Origin: Saccostrea echinata
Taxonomy: Eukaryota
Length of the DNA: 64,000 bases
Direction: 5' to 3'
Assembly: GCF_033153115.1 (NCBI RefSeq)
Contig: NW_026889768.1
Coordinates: 2,232,001-2,296,000, forward strand
Positions 49,031 through 59,800 of this stretch are shown here, one piece after another (position 1 is the stretch's first letter; each line of letters starts with the position of its first letter). Under the pieces are notes generated by a model. The model was given only the letters and a program-made list of their open reading frames with translations. It made no database searches and was not told the DNA's origin. The translations under genes and the position numbers were made by a program.

Positions 49031-49853
49031 ATACAGATTCACTGTATTATCAATAGAGCCCCCCCCCCTCCCCTTCACCACCGAGAAACACCAGAGCCTC
49101 TCACCCTGGGACCAGAAGTTTCAAGTTTGCTCATCATAAGTAATCACTTTATTTAACTGCTTAACATTAAGGAGCATACAGGATCATTTAATAGAATTAC
49201 TGCATTTTCACTACATTATCAACAGCCCCACCCTTATACCAGCATATCTGACCCAGGGGTCATGTAATTCACTACTCTGGAAGAAGCACTCTTGCTCATC
49301 ATAACTATATACTTAGCTTCTTTGCTTTTTAACCAGAAGCAGAAAAGAATATTTTCAAAGAAATTTTGATTTTTCACTATATAATCAATAGAGCCCCCCC
49401 CCCCCCCCCCCACCTTTTGACCAGGACCCTTGACCCTGGGGCCATGAAATTCACAATTTTAGAAGAGGCATCCTTGCATATCATAACAATGTACTTAGTT
49501 TGTTTAAATAGTACCCAGGGGCAGAGAAGAAGATTTTCAAAGAAATAATTCACCTTCAATGTAGGAGCTATATAGCCCCACCCTAGCACAAGAACCCCTG
49601 TCCCTGGGGCCATGAATTTCACAATTTTGGAAGAGGTGTCCTTGCTTATCATAATAATGTACTTAGTTTGTTTAAATAATACCCAGAAGCAGAGAAGAAG
49701 ATTTTTAAAGCATTAATGCATTTTCACTATATAATAAATAGAGCCCCGCCCTAACATCAGAACCCCTGACCCAGGGGCCATGAAATTCACAATTTTGGTA
49801 GAGTTACTCTTGCTTATCATAACTCTGTATTTAATTTGTTTAAATAATACCCA

Positions 49854-49888
<35 letters not shown>

Positions 49889-50021
49889 CTTTCACTATAT
49901 GATCTATATAGCCCCCCCACAGCACCAGAACCCCTTACCCTGGGGCTATGAATTTCACAATTTTAGTAGAGTCACTCTTGCTTATCATAACTATGTATTT
50001 AATTTGTTTCAATAATACCAA

Positions 50022-50056
<35 letters not shown>

Positions 50057-50198
50057 CTTTCACTATATGATCTATATACCCCCCCCCCCCCCCCCCCAGC
50101 ACCAGAACCCCTGACCATGGGGCCATGAATTTCACAATTTTGGTAGAGTCACCCTTGCTGATCATAACTCTGTATCTAATTTGTTTAAAAAATACCCA

Positions 50199-50233
<35 letters not shown>

Positions 50234-50366
50234 CTTTCACTATACGATCTATAGAGCCCCGCCCTAACATCAGAACCCCTGACCCAGGGGCCATGAAATT
50301 CACAATTTTGGTAGAGTTACTCTTGCTTATCATAACTATGTATTTAATTTGTTTAAATAATACCCA

Positions 50367-50401
<35 letters not shown>

Positions 50402-50763
50402 CTTTCACTATATGATCTATATAGCCCCGCCCTAGCACCAGAACCCCTGACCCTGGGGCCATGAATTTCACAATTTTGGTAGAGGACTCAATGCTCATTA
50501 CAATCATGTCAACAGTTTGACTGTTTGATGTCCAGGAGTAAAGAAGAAGATTTTTAAAGATTGCATTAATTTTGATGGTTTTAGCCCCACCCCTCAGGCC
50601 CCAGGGGGGCAGGGACCATGAAATTCATAAATTTTGTTCCCCTTCACACATAGATGCCATATGCAAAAATTGGCTGAAATTGGTTCAGCGGTTTCAGAGA
50701 AGAAGCTGAAAATGTTCAAATGTTAACACACGACGCACGACGGACGACGACAGACGAAAACAG

Positions 50764-50803
<40 letters not shown>

Positions 50804-53800
50804 AATATATAATCCTCGCATTAAGTTTGCAATACTGTTTTTATACAGTTATACATGTAGTTCTGTTTAAAATCAATTCCTTGCTTTCTCTCCCCCCCCC
50901 CCCCCTTCATCCCATTTTGCACTATTTTGAGTCAAAGATGTCTTTTTTCAGCATTTATCAATTGTTTAAGCTACAGGTATATGTATTTTCATTATAGAGT
51001 TAATGTCAGTTGTTCATTACATCAAATTTAAAAAAAAAACCGGACAAACTAAACTTTATACAGAATCAAAAAACTCATGAAATTTCAATCTCTTATGTAA
51101 CAGAGTTTTCAGTAAATTATCTAAACATACCACTGCCCATAATGCTGTCTTCATTTTCAGAACATCCTCATCAGAATGCAGCTCCAAACATTTAATACAC
51201 TTAAAAAACTCTCCAATACATTCCTGTAAAGAAATAACACAAACTTATACTTCAGTGTACAAGTTGTACTACAAAAAAAAAAAAAAAAATGAAATTTTTG
51301 ATTCTTTTATCTTGACCGTCTTTTTATTTAAAATCAACAGGAGATAATATGAAAGTACAAAGGACACCAATTTTGTGAATTATCCAATCTCAAGGTAAGA
51401 AAAGCTCAACAGAACAGGTTCTTTAATATATTTTATTTATAATGTAAATACTTTTTGATTTGTTGAAGACAGCTTAAACTACAATGCATGGTAGTGTGAA
51501 AAGATGAAAATAACCACAGTAAAATTGCCTACTCTGCTCAAAACTGACTAAACATACATAACTTCTGATTATTCACATTAAAAAAAATTAAATATTGAAT
51601 TATTAATTACATGTCAAATGTTTAGAAATGTGACATAGGTTCTGTACAAGTTTTTAATCTAACATTGATATACAGGTATAGTGAACTAATTCTCAATATT
51701 TTATTTCACAGCCAGTTACCTGTTGTTGTAGAAGATTGAATCCCTCCTTATGCTGAGTGAGCTGGCCATACAAATGGACTGGTACATATGCATCCTTGTT
51801 AGATCTCCTGGTAGAATTAAAGTGCCACAATGAAAAACACTGCACTATGAAAGAATCCAATGCATTAATGTAACATAAATATAAATGTAACTAAAGCAGT
51901 TTTACAGAACTTACTTCCTGCTGGACCTGCGAGTGAAGGATCCCTCGTACGTTTTCTCGTATGTTGTTAGGGCCTCATTTAACAAGTCCTCCACAATGTG
52001 AATGTATCTAACATTATATGTCTAGGAATAGAAGGAAGTCACACATCAAACAATCAAAAATACAATTTATTCTAAAGTACTGCTCCACAGAAATCATGCT
52101 AAAATATAAACCTTGTGTATATTTTGTTACCTTTTCCCATTTTTGGACCTCGTTGTGTATGAAGTTAGCATCACTGAGCATTTTGAATCCTTTGGACGTG
52201 GACATGAAGCGACACAGCAGTAGGACACCTCTCTCACCCAGGTGTAGGCACTGAGGCCTCAGCTTAATAACGGAACTCAGACAGGGCTGGAAATGTACAA
52301 TAGTACTTAATGACTTAGTATTAAAAACCAGCTTAATAACGGAACTCAGACAGGGCTGGAAATGTACAACTTAGTATTAAATACTGAAATGTTTAAATAC
52401 CTAAATAGTTGTGTTGCCTTTTCTTGGTGCTTAGTAATATACATGTTTGTATTTCGCACATTCTGTGTTATCCAATAATGCTCAATGATGGCTCATTTAA
52501 ATAAAAGACCATTTGTGTGTTATAAACTTGACCATGGTATGAGACAGTGATACAATGCTCAGGTGATAAAACTTACCTGTACATCACAGTGATACCATTC
52601 TCAGGAGATAAAACTGACCTGTGCATCAGAGTGATACAATGCTCAGGTGATAAAACTTACCTGTACATCACAGTGATACCATTCTCAGGTGATAAAACTG
52701 ACCTGTGCATCAGAGTGATACAATGCTCAGGTGATAAAACTTACCTGTACATCACAGTGATACAATGCTCAGGTGATAAAACTTACTTGTACATCACAGT
52801 GATACCATGCTCAGGTGATAAAACTTACCTGTACATCACAGTGATACAATGCTCATGTGAAAAAACTTACCTGTACATCACAGTGATACAATGGTCAGGT
52901 GATAAAACTTACCTGTACATCACAGTGATACAATGGTCAGGTGATAAAACTTACCTGTACATCACAGTGATACAATGCTCATGTGATAAAACTTACCTGT
53001 ACATCACAGGCCTCCTCCAGGACATGAAGAGCAGCCTGAGCAACCTGGTTGCTTTGGTCATACAACTGATTTACCAGAAGCTCCATACCCCAGGTACTGA
53101 ACCCAGCAACTCTTGTTCGCAGCAACGTACGCAGAAACTTGGTGCAGTAGAGACGGGCAGACTTTTAAAACAGAAAAACATGCATTTTATTGACATACAA
53201 ATAAATAACAAAAAAAATATTACAGGATGTCAATAACAATACTGAGGTATTTGTTTTACATTACCTCTGTGGCAGAACACAGGGCTTTGGCCAGCACTGG
53301 TCTGGTATTACCATCCTTACTGTAGTTAAGGCTGGAGACAGACAATTTTACAAAGCTGTCCTGGGGTGCTATGGAAACTATGTCCAGTAAACTGAAAGAG
53401 AAGATGGCTAAGTGTGGAAACTAGGGTTATGTGTGCAAATTTACAGATACATATACAGCAAATTCATATGTACCTGGTATGTGGTCTCTGAAGTACATGT
53501 ACATATCATATGACGTTTATATCTTCACAGATTCATATGTACTTTGAACAGGTATTCAGACATAAAATACTTAAAATAAAGCACATTAAAATAATGAAAA
53601 TTAAAAAAATAGTATTCATTTACTAAAACGAAAATGGGGAGAGTGAGGTGGTCAGAAAAATTTGGCACAGCTGAATTTTCTCTAACCAAATGTACAGTAT
53701 TAGTGCATGATGTTTGATGAAGATACCTTGCACAGTTTCTTTGAAACTGAGCTTCATGTTAAAAAAAAAGGGGAAGCGTGAAGTCAAGCTCACAAAAATT

Positions 53801-56800
53801 TGACACAGCTGAATTGCCATCACTATGTATGTACCAGTGTAGGAAGTTTAATGAAAATATCTTGAACAGATTTTTTGAAACTAACCTAAGCCATATTCAT
53901 AGTGGCCATAAAAAAATAAATGGTAAAAAAAAAATTTCATTTGATTACTAGTTGGCAAATTGTTTACAATATCAACTTGGGTACTTACTACTGATATACA
54001 CCAGTTTTTTCTAGATATTTGTCCCCCAAAACAGTCCCCGAGAATCGGCCCACAAACAGAAAGTAGAACTGACTGCATGTGTTAATGACATTCCCTGGAC
54101 TCAGTACGGACTCTGGTACCAAACGCTGCTGTGCAATCTACACAAAAATCATAAAACACAGGCTTAAAATGCTGCTGGACAATCTACACAAAAATCATAA
54201 AATATAGGCTTAAAACGCTGCTGGACAATCTACACAAAAATCATTAAGTATAGGCTTAAAAACACTGCTGAGAAAGGATTTCATTCTCTTTATATCATGA
54301 AGAACATGTACATGTAAAGGGTCTACTATTCAAAATGACAATAAAATAAAGATTAAGTATCTACATCTAACCTCAGACATGCACCCCCCTATATCTCCTA
54401 TAAAATCTAGAGCCAGTTTCTGGACTTCATCCTGCAAAAAACAAATATTTCATGTAAATAAAAATACATTTCTCTTGACAATAATAATGAACAGATATGA
54501 GCATCACATGTTAATGCACTGATGACAACTGGTTTTAATTTTAATTTTGTTTTTCTGTTTATATAAGCAAATTTAATTCTCACCTTATGTCTCACCAATT
54601 AGCCTGTTATTAACACAGTCTTACTTGTGCATGTTTTACATGTTACTAATAGAATTAGTCTCATCTATTTACTTGTTATTAATAGAATTAGTCTCATCTA
54701 TTTACTTGTTATTAATAGAATTAATCTCATCTATTTACTTGTTACTAATAGAATTAGTCTCATCTATTTACTTGTTATTAATAGAATTAGTCTCATTTGT
54801 TTATGTTTTACTAATAGACTTAGTCTGTTTACCTGTTACTAAAAGACTTAGCTGTGTTACTAATAGACTTGATCTCATCAGTTTATATATTACTAATAGA
54901 CTTAGTCTGTTCACATGTTACTAATAGACTTTGTATCACAAAGCAAAGATTCCACTGTGTAACTGCTACTAACAGACTTTGTCCCATCTGTGTACTGGTC
55001 CCTAACAGACTTAGTCCCACTTGTGTACTGGTTCCTAACAGACTTAGTCCCACCTGTGTACTGGTTCCTAACAGACTTAGTCCCACCTGTGTACTAGTCC
55101 CTAACAGACTTAAGTCCTACCTGTGTACTGGTCCCTAACAGACTTAAATCCCACCTGTGTACTGGTCCCTAACAAACTTTAGTCCCACCTGTGTACTGGT
55201 TCCTAACAGACTTAAGTCCCACCTGTGTACTGGTTCCTAACAGACTTAGTCCCACCTGTGTACTGGTTCCTGACAGACTTAAGTCCCACCTGTGTACTGG
55301 TTCCTAACAGACTTAGTCCCACCTGTGAACTGGTTCCTAACAGACTTAAGTCTCACCTGTTCAGTTGACAACAGAAAGTCCACCAACAGACAACCAGAAT
55401 GTACCATCATCTGAGTCAGTTTGTGGTTGATCTCTAGTCTTGAAAATCTGTGATTGGTCGGTTTGTAAAACTGTACAAGCCTCTTAAAGAACCTGAAAAT
55501 ACATATACAAATTAAAACTTTTGTCAAATTTTTGAAAAAAATTATCATCGGTGGTCTAGCCTAGGATGAAAAATATGAAGAATGGCAATTTACTAGTGCA
55601 TGTACATCCATGAGTGTCAATTGCATAGGCTTAAATTTAATCCCATGATACTTTCACTTTCATCATAAACAGTAATATCAAATCTTTCAAAACTGAATAG
55701 CAGTAATTCCTGAACTATTGTTAAATGTTTCATAACTTTAATAAATGCAAGAAATGACAGCAGAGGTAAAAAAAATTGATTAGATTTTATTTTTTTCCTT
55801 GAAAGTACATACAATGTACAAGTGGGTGTTGCCATTTGCCATATAAAATAGGCACTAGAAATGCTATCAAGAGGACGAACCAATTGTCTTACTGAAAATG
55901 TTTGTCTGGTAGAGTCTGTCTGATTGAAAATGCTCCCAAAGCACAACCTTATGTCAAACTTCCTGAAAGGAGTTTTCCGAAGTTCTACATTTCAATACTA
56001 CACACATTTCCAACTTGTGAACAATCACTTACTTCAGTGTAAGTTGGTCATCCAGTCTTCTTAACTTTTCCTCTGGCCACTACAGTTTAAAAATAAGACA
56101 ACAAAATGACGAAGATATTTTAAAATTCATACAGATCTATAGTCACATAAACTGAGACCTGAGAGACAACTGAACTTGTTATCCTTGGTAAAGTTTTAAG
56201 TTTCCCTGAGAGTGTGTCCCTTACCTTCAGGATAGCAGGTACCAGATCCCAGTCCCAGTTAACAATATCCTTGGTGTTGACAACATTGGAATCTTTAATG
56301 GCCTGTCCTATCATATCCTCTGTGGGAGACTGAAAAGATCAAAATTGATTTTCTTCAGAGGCATATAATAAAACTTTGATGGTCAGAATGTGAGATTATG
56401 AAAGAGGCATTCCAATTTTGCCAACTCCGTTTTCAAATGTAAACTTTACTTAATACAAAAATAATTCTGAAACCTAAAATCTGAGAAGTCAAGGCATTAA
56501 CACCTACTTTATTGATGTAAAGGTCATATTTCTTCCTCAGGTAGAATTTTGTCTGTCCTACAGGTCTACCTCCATTCCTCTGAATCAGCTGATCCAGGTA
56601 AAGACTGCTGGGCACAGGGCCTCGCTTCTTCATGGCATGAAGACGCTCTAAGTAATAAATGGCTTCTCTGGCTTGACTGAAAAAGGATTATGGGCATAAA
56701 TGTGAGAAAAAAACAGCTCTGTTTAAGGTCAATCTATAGGGTAGTACATGTATTTAAATACAATGTAAAAATCATGAAAAATTCTTTGAATGTAAATAAG

Positions 56801-59800
56801 AAAAGAATGAGTGAAACACAAATACCTATGGAGAAGTGAGATTGATCTACACTGAGATTAAAGCTTACAATGTCTGAGCATGTCTTTGCAGTCTATAAAT
56901 GTCTGAGCAAATGTGAGACCAAGTTTTACAATGTATGGGCAAAGATGATATCACAATTTACAAATGTCTGAGTGCAGGTGAGATCAAAACTTACAATGTC
57001 TGAGCTGAGGTGAGATCAAAACTTACAATGTCTGAGCTGAGGTGAGATCAAAACTTACAATGACTGAGCAGAGGTGAGATCAAAACACTTACAATGTCTG
57101 AGCTGAGATCAAAACTTAAAATGTCTGAGCTGAGGGGAGATAAAAAATTACAATGTCTGAGCTGAGGTGAGATCAAAACTTACAATATCTGAGCAGAGGT
57201 GAGATCAAAACTTACAATGTCTGAGCTGAGGTGAGATCAGGTGAGGAGGCTAGGGCCAGGAGTGATGGCAGACAGTGGTTGTGATGGGAGCACTCAGGAG
57301 GAAGCATGGTACTGGCCTGTAAAGAATCAGCATTAGTTAAGTACAACATATAATTACTGTCAAGTTGAAATTTTTTTTACCTATTCCACTTGAGTGAATT
57401 TGCAGCTGAATATAGAATTACATTCTTTATTTAAAAAAAGCTACAGGTAAATGCTGCTGAAGTAACTTACTAAATGAAGTAGGTCACCAAGGAGGATTGT
57501 GGCACGAACAAAGAGCTGACGATCACTGCTGATTATAACTTCTACTAATGCCTGAAAAACAGTGTTACAATTCAATCCAAAAATAATACAATCCTTGCAA
57601 TAAATGTTTCCAACAAAGAATAGCAATGACCTAAACTTCAGTTTACCACAGAGTGTAATTATACTATATAGAATCAGAATATGAGCTACATTTTACACTA
57701 GCTAAATAACCTATTCCAAGTACAAATTTGCTGCAAAAGAGGTTCCCCGAGTTTTTACCTCTAGAATCCCTGCTCCAATCCATGCAGACAGAAGTAATGC
57801 TAAATGGTTTTCTATTAAATTTGGTCTGAAATCAAAGAAAGACATCGAAAGTTTAAGTATAATTGTGCAATACTTGGCAAAATTTTAAATTCCCTTAGAT
57901 ATGAGGACTGGGTGCATGTTTGATGGCAAAATTGTTGAGGAATTTCTGCTCTTGCACACCTGATTTTTGCCATGTGGGGCAGTATGCACTTCCCCTCCTC
58001 AGCCACAAACCCATCTGTTATCTTCCAGTTCTCCTGCATTTCCGACGGATCTGAAGAAAAGCAAAAAATGAAAGTCAATTAATGCATTCTTATCCATGAC
58101 TGCAAACACATAAAAATAGGTACATTGTATCAATATGTAAATAGATAAGCTAATCCACTAACTCTCTTAAATTGAAATGTTCGACAAAGAGTAATAGTTT
58201 AATAGCTGAGCTGCAGATACTCACCCACACTTAGTAAAGCTGTGTTGAAATCATCTGTTGACTCAGGAATTTTCAAACGAAATAAATCAAATAAAATCTC
58301 TAGTATTCCATGCTGAAATCATCAAATAACCATTAATTACATAAAATTAATTCTTCAAATAAATGCAATACAGGAAAAAAATCCTCAATAAGCCTCATTT
58401 GTGCAATTCAAAACATTTAAACTACAACATTAACTTAGGTACCCTAATTTCTTTGTATGGTAGGTAGAGAATGCCAACAAGCGACTGTAAACCACTGCCA
58501 TCTGGTCGACAGAAACGAATTATTCCTGCCAAATAATTAAAACAGAATTCAATTGGTTGTAGAGTTCTTGCAATGCATAATTTGTAAGAATATAAATAAC
58601 CAAAAGAACATGAACATACAATGGTGAATTTTCCCTCAAAAACAAATTCTGTGTTCTCTAAATTAAAAACTTTATTTTATTAAACATTTATAAATTAATC
58701 GAATACTTCCTTTTATATAGTTTATTTGCCTTATAGAATTATGTAATTAATGTATATATGAAATTGATTAAAAAGATCAAAACTCCCTATATAGCAATAC
58801 ATCATATTAATTAAATACATACCTGACCAAGTCCGCATGATAGAGACGACGGCCATTTTACTGGCTGCAAATCGATTCTCTTTCTCCTCACTACAAAACA
58901 TAAACAGTAAATATGTAAAAAACATTAATATTGTGGGTATAGATTAGGGAGAGCTCCTACTGTATACATCTGAGTGTAAGTTGATGCAGTTGAATAGCTC
59001 TCTTCAGTATGTATCAGCATATAAGGTTTAATAAAAATATCTTGAATAGTTTTTTTAAAACTGAGCTAATCATTAATTTAAGAAAAGAGAAAGGTTAAGG
59101 TCAAAAAAATTTTCATGCCATTGAATAGCTCTCATCAATATGTATGAAGTTTGAAAAAAATATCTTGAATAGTTTATCTGAAATTGAGCTACATGCAAAG
59201 TAGACAGAAGGACAGAAGGATGGAAGATAGACATGACAAACACTATTTGCCCCCGCCATATTCATTGCTGGGCATAAAAATTGTAAGAAAATTCACTCAC
59301 CCTGAGGATTGTTCTGACGACTCAGCACTGAATCTGTAATGGCAGTCTGTGAAGGGGGCTAACAGTTGCTAAAAATATATTTAAAAAATATCAACACAAA
59401 AGTACCAACCATCTATCTTGTAATCACATGACTATAAGATTATACATGTACAAACATTACATCCTGGCAGATAAAGCACACAATATACATGTACAACCTT
59501 ACCTCCAGGTCTGTATTGAATTTGATGAAATGCCTGGTTCTGGGATGGTTCAGTAGATGGAGAATGGTGGACACCAGTGATTCGTTTATTCTGGGATACT
59601 GATGGCAGTCCAGAGCTGCTCTTAAAATAGCACCAATTCCTCCACATCTTGCCAATAACTCCGGATTCACAAATGCTACAATAAAGGTACACTTGTTCTG
59701 CATAAAAAAATAAATTATATACATGTTTTATAAAACTTTAATACTTATAATGTATGGTACACATAAGAGTTAAGTACACAATCTGCATTATAGGCACATG

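Noticed and set aside
49377-50507. ORFs of 70-190 aa with repeated KIVKFMAPGSGVL
   Set aside because: Antisense translations of the 168-bp satellite units.
52547-53236. 229-aa + strand ORF
   Set aside because: Produced by the 42-bp repeat plus the antisense of RICTOR exon 22.
58985-59280. Decayed HINE-like tail (GACAGAAG repeats, hairpin, A-run); similar fragments near 6790-6960 and 14020-14340
   Set aside because: Too degraded to set boundaries or assign a family confidently.
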